Assembly (NCBI RefSeq): GCF_009914755.1
Contig: NC_060927.1
Direction: 5' to 3' (one strand)
Length of the DNA stretch: 64,000 nucleotides
Source of the DNA: the human T2T-CHM13v2.0 reference genome, Homo sapiens
The notes under the pieces were generated by a model. That model worked only from the letters and a program-made list of their open reading frames with translations. It was not told where the DNA came from and did no database searches. The position numbers and the translations under genes are program-made. Every line of letters starts with the position of its first letter. Positions within the stretch are counted from its first letter, which is position 1. Below, piece after piece: positions 1 through 26,920 of this stretch.

Positions 1-177
1 CCCAGCATTATGTTTGCTGGAAGAATAGATGTGAGCACCTCCAGGTTTTGTAAAAGGCAGGAAGACCCAGCAAGTGTTTGTGAAATACCTGCTGAATGAG
101 TGCATCCCCACTGTCCAGCAGAGGGCCAGGCACATGCCCATGGAGGGGACCTGAGCAGACCCCCATTTCCTTTCCAG

Positions 178-5582
<5,405 letters not shown>

Positions 5583-5583
<1 letters not shown>

Positions 5584-5588
5584 ATAAA
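5583..5588 (+). terminator. IL17RC polyadenylation signal AATAAA overlapping the stop codon
   Basis: ACT-TAA-ATAAAGG: the last A of the TAA stop is the first A of AATAAA. A U-rich stretch (tgtttttct) follows at about 5598-5606. Confidence 0.85.
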
Positions 5589-6428
5589 GGCAGACGCTGT
5601 TTTTCTACCCATGTGGCCCACACGCGTCTCCGTTTCAGTGGCGGGGCTGGCAAACGTCGTTCCCTAGCCCCGCGGCCCTTTAAAGCCCGGACAGGTGCAG
5701 CTCGGTGCCGCCTCTGGTTGGCTGGCGTGGGGTGACGTAATGGCACATGGCCCGTCGCCATTGGCTGGGCGGCAAGCTCCGCCCCCTGGACTGCGGCGCG
5801 GGTGGGGGTTGTGCGTTTTACGCAGGCTGTGGCAGCGACGCGGTGAGGAGACGGCCCACGGCGCCCGCGGGCTGGGGCGGTCGCTTCTTCCTTCTCCGTG
5901 GCCTACGAGGGTCTGGATCCTTCTCTGCCGGCTCGTGGGCCGTGCCTTTGCCCTTCTGCGAGGCCCTGAATCTGATCCCTTCCCTTCATATCCGGATCCG
6001 GGCTCCTCCCTCCAAGCCCGGGGTTCCGGACACCTCCCCCAAGACAACCCCTCTGGCCTCCTCTCCTTCAGTACTTGGAATCTGATCTCTTCTCCCTAAT
6101 TCTGCGGATCCGGCCCCTAATATTCTTTATCAGACCCTCAGACAAGAGGCTGACTTCTGCCCCCTTGTCAAGGAGCGAGGCCACTTTCCTCTCCACCCCA
6201 TGCTAGCGAGGATAACTTATTTCTCTTCTGGAATTGCATCTTATGCGCCTTTCCCCACCCATCCCCACAGCCCCTGCAATACCCAGTTTGGCCTCTTTTG
6301 CTTGTAATAACGCAGATCCCAGCGCCACGGCACCTTAGAACAGACCTTTTTCTTTCTCGCGTGGGGCCTGACTCCTTCAGTGAAGCCTCTCCACGCCCTC
6401 TATCTGCAGGTCCCCAGCCTGGGTAAAG

Positions 6429-16565
<10,137 letters not shown>

Positions 16566-16990
16566 TCGCGGCCACCACCTGTAGGACCTCCTCCCACCCA
16601 CGCTGCCCCCAGAGCTTGGGCTGCCCTCCTGCTGGACACTCAGGACAGCTTGGTTTATTTTTGAGAGTGGGGTAAGCACCCCTACCTGCCTTACAGAGCA
16701 GCCCAGGTACCCAGGCCCGGGCAGACAAGGCCCCTGGGGTAAAAAGTAGCCCTGAAGGTGGATACCATGAGCTCTTCACCTGGCGGGGACTGGCAGGCTT
16801 CACAATGTGTGAATTTCAAAAGTTTTTCCTTAATGGTGGCTGCTAGAGCTTTGGCCCCTGCTTAGGATTAGGTGGTCCTCACAGGGGTGGGGCCATCACA
16901 GCTCCCTCCTGCCAGCTGCATGCTGCCAGTTCCTGTTCTGTGTTCACCACATCCCCACACCCCATTGCCACTTATTTATTCATCTCAGGA

Positions 16991-16996
16991 AATAAA
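16991..16996 (+). terminator. CRELD1 polyadenylation signal
   Basis: First AATAAA about 425 nt after the stop. A second AATAAA lies at 17355-17360. Confidence 0.75.
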
Positions 16997-17541
16997 GAAA
17001 GGTCTTGGAAAGTTAAAAGGCATCAGTCTTACTACCTGTCCCACCACCCCCACCTTAGGGAAATGTCCTAGAATCCTGGGAAATTGAGGGCTTCTTTGAT
17101 GGTGAGTGGAGAAAAGATAGAGGAGAAGGTTGCCCCTGAAGTGCTGTTAGGAGAAGGAGGATAGAGGAATCAGCCTTAGGAGGGTTCCATGCCAGCTGTC
17201 ATTTGGCAAAGGACCCTGGACAGATGACTTTTGCCTCTGAACTTCACTCTTCTCTTTCCTCAAATGGGCTTCATAATGCTTTCCACTCAGGCTTAACATG
17301 AGAATTAAATGAGGTGACAAATGTGAAGACCTGGACAGTACACAACAGATATTCAATAAAAGTGTGGTCGCCATTATGACCAGAGCCTCCAAGCCTCAAG
17401 CAACCTTTCCTCGGAGTCCTGCTCTCCGTCCAATACACAGGACTTAGAATGACTGGGAGGCAGGGCCTCCAGTCTCTCCTTCCTCCTATGAGTACAGGAT
17501 CCTGGCATGGCCAGAGGGAAGCATGAGCCAAGTCCTAAGGG

Positions 17542-17547
17542 TTTATT
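17542..17547 (-). terminator. PRRT3 candidate polyadenylation signal
   Basis: tttatt on + (AATAAA on -), about 660 nt past the PRRT3 stop. Confidence 0.65.
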
Positions 17548-17802
17548 TCTTTGGCACAAAGAGGACAATCTAGACAAGCGAGGCTCATCACTCCACGTTG
17601 GGGAGTCTGGGGCACCTGCTCCCTGTTCTTCATGCCCGAATCCATGCACACCCACCCTGTATTCCGCATAAGACACGGCCTCTGTGCAAAATGCCGGCTG
17701 AAAAAAAAATAGAAATATTAAAAGCAAAAAACGGCATGGGGGTGGGGTGAGTTCAAACCTGGCTGTCCCCCGGGGGTTGCCGTCAGGTAGAGAGGCCTGG
17801 GG

Positions 17803-18119
<317 letters not shown>

Positions 18120-18149
18120 AGGATGCCCATTTTTTAAAGGCTCAACTGT

Positions 18150-19980
18150 CCCAGTAGGCCATGCCATGTGGGCATCGGGCAGGGTCCTGGCCCTGCGTCA
18201 GGACCGCTCTTCAAAGCTCGATGGTATCACTGGAGGCGCTGCGGGATTCCCCAGGCTTGCCGCGCGGCTGGACCTCTCCCTGGCCGTCCCCCTGCCGAGC
18301 GGCGGTAGAATCAGGGGCTGGGGTCGGGGCAGGCAGTAGCTGTACCGTGCTGGGCAACTCATCTAGGGGCAGACTGTCCACTGATGACAGCCCGTGGCGC
18401 CAGGGGTTCCAACTGATCTTGAGTGAACCCCTGGAGAAGCTGTCGAGGGAGCTGCCAGAAGCCGCAGCGGCTGCCCCGTCGGGTGCTTCCACTACGTGCT
18501 GTGGGACCGGCCCGCGCACGCGCACGTCGCTGAGCGACCTGCAGCGGCCGCGGAGGAGCGAGGAGCCAGCGTCGTCGAGCTCGGCTTTGGGATGGCTGCC
18601 CCGGCGCGGCCGCAGAGCGCCTCCAGGCGGCGGGGAGGCCAGGCCGCGGAGGCCGCAGCGCTGGAACACACTGTCTCGCACTAGGTGCTCGCGGAAGAGC
18701 GCGGCGTCGATGCTGCGGCTCAGGTTGATGGGCGATGGCGGCCGCAGATCCAGCTCGCTCAGCGATGGCGCCGGTCCCACACCGTTGCGGGACAGTCCCG
18801 GGCCACCCTGGGGTCCGCGACCCAACGACGCAGCCGAGCCCCAGGCGCCTGAACTGGGCGTGGCCAGCTGCCCACTCTCCGCCGGGTTGCGGATGAGGCT
18901 CTTGCTGATGTCCAAGCTGCCTGCACCAACGTTGCTGGGCCCTGCATAGCAGTTATTGGGTCGCTCCGGCACCTCGCTCTTTCCTGACGGCGCCGGGCAC
19001 GCCAGACGCATCAGCTTAGCCCAGCAAGCGTGCTCCGTGGGCGGCCTGGGTCTCGCGGCAGCCACCGCGGCCAACGCCAGGGCGAGCGCCCATGTCAGCT
19101 CCAGGAGGCGCAGCCAGAAGTGGACACCCCACCAGGCCCACGAGAAGCGGCCCACGCGGCCTGGGCCCGGGTACAGCCAGAGCGCAGCCGCCAGCTGCAA
19201 GCCGCTAGCCAGCAGCCCCAGCGCGCCCGCCACAGCCAACAGCCGAGGGCCCGGGCTGGCATCCCAGCCCCGTGGGCCGTCCAGCAGGCGGCGACGGCAC
19301 AGGCAGAGCGTGCCCAGAGCCACGGCCGCGCCCCAGGCGCACGACAAGCCCTGCGTCAGGAGGTTGAGCACAGACCATGTGGACAGCAGGTCTGTCGCGA
19401 GCAACCCTACACCATGCACCAGCGCCACTGCTCCCAGCAGGAGTGGGTTTTGCAGCGGTGGCGGCAGCCCCGCGCCCAGGCCGAGCAGAGTCAGGGCTGC
19501 CAGCGCCGTAAGCAGCAAGGGGAAGGGCAGGTTGTAGAGCACCAGGCCCCCGCGAACGCCCAGCCGCGCCTGCGAGCCGTAAGGGTCGGTAAGCATGTAG
19601 GCGGATCGCAGCGCCGAAGCCACGAGCACCAGCACCGCGGCCACCAATGCCAGCCGGGGCCCTGCTGGGGCGGCTGCCAGCGCAGCCAGCGCCAACAACG
19701 CGGGCAGCAGAAAGAGTACCCCCACCCCGTAGACGTGCAGCTCCCAGGAGAAGCTCAGGACCCGCCGAAGGGGGCCCCAGCGTAGCGGGGGTGCAGTGGC
19801 GTTGGCTGGGGGGCTGGAGGCTGGGGCTGAAGCCATGGAGCTGGCGGTGGGCTCCGGAGGGGGAGGCTGGCCCAGGGCTCGCTGCGTGGTGACTCGAATG
19901 AGGCCCCGGCGTGACGTCGAGGGGGCCTGGACTGGGGGTGCTGGGGGATGGCTTTGGGGGCGCCCCGGCCACTCCTCGGC
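18150..19980. promoter_or_regulatory. Intragenic CpG island over the PRRT3 last exon
   Basis: Very high CpG/GC density throughout the exon. Confidence 0.7.
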
Positions 19981-22099
19981 TTCATCTGCAATTATAACAA
20001 TATTAAAATAGCCATTTGAAAAGTGCTTTTGATTTTGTATCACCCTCTAGTGTGGTTGGCAAGTCATTTAACTTTTCCAAACAAATCTGCAAAATGGAGA
20101 TAACAGCACCTGCCTCATTGCGTTGTGAAGAAGATGAAATGTTTAGCCCGGTGCCCAACACCCAGTAAGTGCTAAATGGATGTCAGCTATCATTTTCATT
20201 AATGCTACTATCAGGGAGGTAGTACCCCAGCAGTTCGACACATGGGCTGCATATTAGAATCTTCTGGAGACCAAGGAATAAGAATTTCTTGGGACGTGGC
20301 TTGGGCATTGGAATTTTTTTCTTTTTTTCTTTTGACAGGTTCTCACTCTGTCATCCAGGCTGGTGTGCAGTGGTGCAATGTGGGCTTACTGCAGCCTTGA
20401 CCTCCAGGACAAGTGATCTCCCACCTCAGCCTCCGGAATAGCTGGGACTACAGGTATGCACCACCACGCCCAACTAATTTTTATATATTTTTTTTGTTCT
20501 AAACATATCCATGTTACATATTAGAACATTCTAGCCCCAAAAGGGCAAATGACTTCTCCCAGATTTCCCAGTGAGTATGAATTTATTATCCTAGGTTGTT
20601 TGAAGGAGGCCCTGGGCAACTCCTTTAAGGAGGTGATTGTCTCCATTCATTCCCCACCCTCCGCCCCCATACATCCCCAACAGAGGTTCTCAGTTACTAG
20701 ACAGAGCACTCCCTCTCCCCACACCCCAGCCATGCTCTCACCTGGCTGCAGGGCCCCCATGGGGCTCTCTGTTCGGTTTACAGCTGGGCCAGGGTCTGAG
20801 GGACCAGGGATGAGAGACTTGGGGGTGCCTGGGGCCTCCACAGCTCCTCTCACCCGCTGGGGGGAGATGGGGTCTGCTCCATTCATTGCTGCTCTCTCTG
20901 AAATGACAAAGCAGTCATCACCTTACCTGACCCTCCTATGGTCCTCCTAATCCCTCAGGATTGAGTCACAATCAACCTCATTTGCCACAAAGAGGAAAAT
21001 GAGACCTAGAGGGACCCAGGGTCAAACAGAATTGAGGCATCCAGCTGCCCCAGAACATCGCTCAGCACACTCATTGATACCCACCTGGCTTAGACGGCCG
21101 ATCAGGAGCCTCTGAGGCGGGTGGATCCGTGGGCTGGGGTCCTGGTGAATCCTTAGCGTCAGGAAGGTCAGCCTGCTTGGGCGGGGGACCTGGGGAGCTG
21201 ACTTCCCAGGACACCTCAGCGCCAGCCCTCTTGGGGGTCTCAACCGGCAGCTCCTCAGCAGGAGGAAGGCTTCTGGCCAATGCCAAGTCTGGCTGGGCCC
21301 CTGGCTCCTGAGAGTACACCACCTCAACTGGGGGTACTGAGCCAACATCAGGGGCTGCTGGATCCTGCTGGGTGAAGTGGGGACCTTGAGCTGCCTCCTG
21401 CAAGTGTTCCTCAAACCCACCCTGTCCTTCCAGCACTGGCCTCTTGACAGTACCTGAGTGGGAAACAAGGGTGTGGGGTGGGCCCTGGTGGTCTGAGGGA
21501 GAAGTGGGTGGGACCCTGCTCTTAGTTTTGGCCTTCAGACCCTCATCTCTAGGTGGCCACTGTCCCTCTTGGCCTTCATGCTGCAGGGAGGGAGGAACTG
21601 TGGCTACCCTGAGTTGACGTCTGGGAGTTGTGGGGATGAAAGTGAGATGAGGGTGGCCCACTGGGTGGGGAGCCACTGCTTCTTGCTCCAGAAGCTCTTG
21701 TGAGTCCAGAGGTCCTGTCCAGCCGTGGGAGCTTGGTCCTTGAGCCATCTGGAGGTCATCAGTTACTGGGAGTCGTTCTCTCTGAGCTCCTTGTGCTGCT
21801 TTGGGCCCGTACAGGGCTGGGCCAAGGGGAGAGGCTACAGGCTTCTCAGGCATCTCTTCAGCAGGGGCGTGGCGGACATCAGAGTTCCTGTGACTGTCAG
21901 CTCTGGGGTTCTCCGGGAACACGTCAAAGGCCTGGGGCTCTGAGCCCACAGAGCCCTTGGGGTGGGCTCCAGGGATCATAGGGATTTCGGAGTTTTCAAG
22001 TGGCCTGGGAAAGCCCCTCCCCAGGGCAGGGCCAGTCCCCAGGAGTGGCAGCAGCAACAGCAGAAGGCCACATACACAGCCCCATGGGCTGGAGGCCAT
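18211..22099 (-). CDS. PRRT3: Proline-rich transmembrane protein 3 (981 aa)
   Basis: Coding exons 22099-21085 (1015 nt), 20897-20742 (156 nt) and 19985-18211 (1775 nt) = 2946 nt in frame with GT-AG ends. Signal peptide [20 protein letters not shown], Pro-rich ectodomain, about 7 hydrophobic segments, C-terminus SDTIEL*. Exon 2 acceptor at 22156; candidate non-coding exon 1 ends at 24306 (donor gtgag). Confidence 0.96.
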
Positions 22100-22343
22100 G
22101 GTCTACTCCGATGCCTGGGCCTAAAGCCCCCACCTTCCAGTCCTCACTGGATGAGCCTAAAAAAAAAACAGGGCATGGAATGACATGTGAGGGCTGGGGG
22201 CCCCCATGCCTTCCTCAAGGGGCTGACAGGAAAGAAAAGCAACGCAAGGCAGCAGCTTCTCTGCTTTTAAAATTGCTGGACGTGGCACTTGCCCTGCTTT
22301 AAAACCTTCAGTGGCTCCCCATTTCCCTCAAGAAAGAACATAA

Positions 22344-22745
<402 letters not shown>

Positions 22746-23949
22746 TAAAGTGCTGGGATTACAGGCATGAGCCACTGCACCCTGCCTGAAATGTTATTCC
22801 TAAAGGCCCACTTCAAAAATGAGAGACGTGGAGAGGGAGAGGAATATGCACCGGCCTTTGGCGAGGGGCCTGAGTTTGAATCCCAGTGTCTTCATTTCCT
22901 GGGGGAGTCATTTCACCTCTCTGCATCATAGTTTTCCCATCAGTAAAATGGGGATAATAAGCATGCCTAACTCAAGGCATGAGACAAATAACCAAACAGG
23001 TATGGGCGAGGTTCATACCTGATGCTTGACAAGCGTTACACATTCCTCTTCCCGCCTTCCTTCCCTCATCTTCCTGGGCACTTGTCACTCTGGTCTGATT
23101 CTATAATAATCTCCTGCCTCTTATTTCAAACCTGCAGCCTCCAGTATATACCTGGCCCCACGTGGATATCCCCTAAAAGTTCCTGTTCTCGAGAGCCTGT
23201 CAGTGGGCCAGGGAGGCAGGAAGGGGCCCCACCACCAGGAGAGGTTTCATGGAGGGTGCGAGAGCTGAAGCCTGGGTGTGTTTGGCGGCAGAGGCCCTGC
23301 TCTTTTCCTCTCTGGGGAGCAGCTGTCCCCAAAGCTTCCTGGCTGTTAACCCATGGTGGCTCACAGACACCTTAAGAAGCCACTGAAAACCCCTGGTGCT
23401 CTCCCGGGGAAAAGACCCAGGCTCACCGAAAGTTGTGAACAATTTCAAGGGGTTCAAAGACCTTTGAGTCCCATCCTCCAAACTCGAGTTTAGACTCTGT
23501 CTTAAAGCCTTGTTAGTTCATTTCTCAAACATTCACGGAGCCCCATGGGCTGCTCCTGGTCTAGGCTAGGTGCTGGGGGCCCAGAGACAGGGCTTTGCTC
23601 CAGGGTTGGGAGTAGGGGTGCGCTGAGACGCCCCTAACACAGGTACTGGCTAAAAACAGTGCTCCTGTGTTTAGTTCTTTCCCAGTGAGGCTCCTGCGCT
23701 GAGCTTAGCAACACGTCACTCCGCCCTCCCAATACAAGGTGTGGGAACAGCCATTTCACAGGGGGAAGAAACGGGGGTTCAGAGAGGGTGAGCAACTCCC
23801 CCAAGGTCACACAGCTGAGTGGACACAATCGGGGTTGTGAAACCCTCGGAGGCTCATCTTCCACAGGAGGTCCAAAAAGCTTTGCCGAGAAAACGGCTGA
23901 ATGGGGCCTCCAAAGATAAACATGCCATCTGCCTACCACTGCCAACCCA

Positions 23950-24460
23950 AGAGATGTGGGCACCTGCGGACAAGGCGGGGGCTTGCCCAGCCCTGGGCTC
24001 CCACTCTGCTGGAGAGGCTGTGGGGGGTGGCGGATCTCTCTGCCGCAGGGACTGGGGAGAGGCCGGCCTGGGGGCAGGGCGAGGCCGTTGCGGGGCAGCC
24101 TCGGAGCTGGTCCATCTCGGGTTACCTCTCCTCCTCCTCCTCCTCCTCCTCCGTCTCCTCTCTCCCTGGCTCCGCGCCTTCCCGCAGTGTCCTGGATGGG
24201 GGTGGGCGCCGTGCAGGCCTGGTCGCCTGCGCCCGCGACGGGGGCAGCAGGCCACGCTCCCCGTCGGGGTCCCGCCATCGCCCCCTCCCTGGGCCAGCTC
24301 CTCACCTGCGCGCCGCAGCCCCCGTGTTCACCTTGCGCGCGTCCCTGCAGCCGATCGCCGCGCCGCATCCTCCGAGATGCTCAGACTCGGCTAACAGAGC
24401 CCGGCGCTGCCGATCGCGAGCCCGCCCACAGGAGCGCAGCCCTGCTTAACTCTTTCCCCT
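23950..24460 (-). promoter_or_regulatory. PRRT3 promoter/exon 1 CpG island
   Basis: CpG-rich; minus-strand donor at 24305-24304; GC box ccgccc at about 24422. Confidence 0.7.
24127..24160. repeat. (CCT)n trinucleotide repeat in PRRT3 intron 1
   Basis: ctcctcctcctcctcctcctcctccgtctcctc. Confidence 0.85.
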
Positions 24461-24771
24461 TAGGGGTGGACTCTTCTGTCAACCCTGACTTCCCCTCGCT
24501 CAGGGATTGTCAGGGCTCAGAGTGGAACCGAGGTCATCTCTGAGGGATGTGGAAATGTCTTCTGCAGCATCCCTGAAAACGGGGCAGCTAGCCTCTGCTT
24601 GCATACCTCATGGGACGGGGAGCTCACTTCCTTTCTATATCCCTACATCCTTTTAGGTAAATCCTACCTACAGCTTGGTATGTATCCTTCAGATTCTTCT
24701 CAATGTACAGTTACATGTACATCTTAAATAGAAATGACATCATACTGTATACTTTTTTTTTTTTTTTTTGA

Positions 24772-24891
<120 letters not shown>

Positions 24892-25846
24892 TAATTTTTA
24901 TATTTTTAGTGGAGACAGGGTTTCACCATGTTGGCCAGGGTGGTCTCGAACTCCTGACCTCAGGTGATCAGCCCGCCTCGGACCCCCAAAGTGTTGGGAT
25001 TACAGGCGTCAGCCACCGTGCCCAGCCACTGTACACATTTCTGTAATTTGTCTTTTTCACTTTCCAATATATTCTGGCACATTTTTCATGTAAATATCTA
25101 TAGATCTATATCATTTCTTGTATCCACTGTTGAGAATTCCAGCATATGGTCAGCTAGTTATTGTTCTTTATCCTGTCCCCTGTAATTGGACATAGGTTGT
25201 TTCTAGCCTTTTGCTCGCAGGGATAATGGAGCAGGGGCCATTCCTTGCTTAACACATCACTGTGCACGTACACTAGTGCACCTACCAGATAATTGCCTAG
25301 CCGAGGCATGGTAGTAAAATCTATGGGTCTGCATATGGGGCTGGTAGACACTGTCAAAATGTTCTTGGTCTTTCTTTGAACACCTCTTGATATACTAAAC
25401 ATCCATTATTAGGCTCAATTCCTTAAGGGAAAGCCACACAGGAAATATATGTGGTTATCAAAAATGAGATAGGGCTGGGTGCAGTAGCTCACACCTGTAA
25501 TCCCAGCACTTTGGGAGGCCTAGAGAGGAGGATCATTTTGAGCCCAGGAGTTCAAGACCAGCATGGGCAAGATGGTGAGACTTTTTTAAATTAAAAAACA
25601 AACAAAAAAACAAAAAAACTAGCTGGGCGTGGTGGTACATGCCTGTAGTCCTACCTACTCCAGAGGCTGAGGCCAGAGAATCATTTGAGCCCAAGAGGTC
25701 AAGATTGCAGTAAGCTATGGCCACTGGAGTGTCACTGGAGTGCATTGACCACTCTGTCCATTGACCACAAGCTGTGTCACTGGAGTGCAATGACCACTGC
25801 ACTCCAGCCTGGGCAGTAGAGCGAGACTGACAAAAAAAAAAAAAAA

Positions 25847-25878
<32 letters not shown>

Positions 25879-26199
25879 TTTGGCCTGTATAATGGCTCAT
25901 GCCTATATTCCCAGCACTTTGGGAGGCCAAGGCTGGAGGACTGCTTGAACCCAGGAGTTCGAGACCAGCCTGGGCAACATGGCAAAACCCCATCTCTACC
26001 AAAAAAAAAAAAAAAAAATTAGCCAAGTGTGGTGGTGCGCACCTGGGTCCCAGATACTCAGGAGGGTTATGTGGGAGGATCACTTCAGTCCAGGAGCCAG
26101 AGGTTGCAGTGAGCCAAGGTCGCACCACCGCACTCCAGCCTGGGTGACAGAAAGAGACCCAGTATCAAATAAAAAATCAAATTTCACTTAAAAAAGAAA

Positions 26200-26920
26200 A
26201 AGAAAAAATTCTTCCTAGGGCTGAGCTGACATCTCCCTCCCAATGGCTTCCTACCTCTAGCTCTCACAGAAAAGCAATACTCAGGCCCCAGTTGTGTCTG
26301 ACGTGTTGCAGTTTGAAGAATATTCCATCCCTAATGGCTGGTAAATGGTGGGGCCTGCATTCAGCTGCTTGACTCTGGGAGAGGGTGCAGGCCTTGCCCG
26401 TTTCACACATGACCTGACCAGCTCTGTTTTCCTTGTTGGAGCCACTTCAGAATTGTAAAGGCATCTCTCATTTCTCTAGAGTCTTCTTTCTCCAGGACAA
26501 ACACTCCGAGTTTTTCAGCTGTTCCTTGCAGGACAGGATTCTGGGTTCTCACCATGTGGAATCTCTTCTCTGTTTGCTTCTTACCAGCTCAACAACGCCC
26601 CTCTGAAAGTAGGACTCTTGGAAATGAACCTTGTTGGGAGTAAAGCTGAACCTTCACCTCTCCTTTCCAGGATTCTACTCCATTCATACGGCCTCACACT
26701 GAATTAATGTTTCTAGCAGCCACATTACTTTGTTACCCAATTGATCTAGTAGTAAAGTCTTCCCATCTCTTCATGTACCACTGGTTTATTGACTCTTAAT
26801 GTAGGATTCTACATTTGTTTGTTGTTTATCTTGTTAGATCCAGCCTGTTGTTACAATCTTGTAGGAAGTTAACTGGATCCTGATTCTACATATAGCTGAT
26901 TGACATTTTGGAGGGTTTTG
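26200..26920. mobile_element. Ancient L3/CR1 LINE remnant
   Basis: aaattcttcctag, gtcttctttctccaggacaaac, tttctagcagccacat motifs recalled from L3. Confidence 0.45.

Noticed and set aside
18161-19892. Long + strand ORFs (262, 193 and 251 aa) antisense to the PRRT3 last exon
   Set aside because: Stop-poor shadow frames of a very GC-rich coding exon; low-complexity Ala/Arg/Pro products with no recognisable domain.
23634-24543. Several 130-244 aa overlapping ORFs with poly-R/L/S/P/G tracts
   Set aside because: A CpG island plus the (CCT)n repeat gives stop-free frames on both strands; no coding signature.
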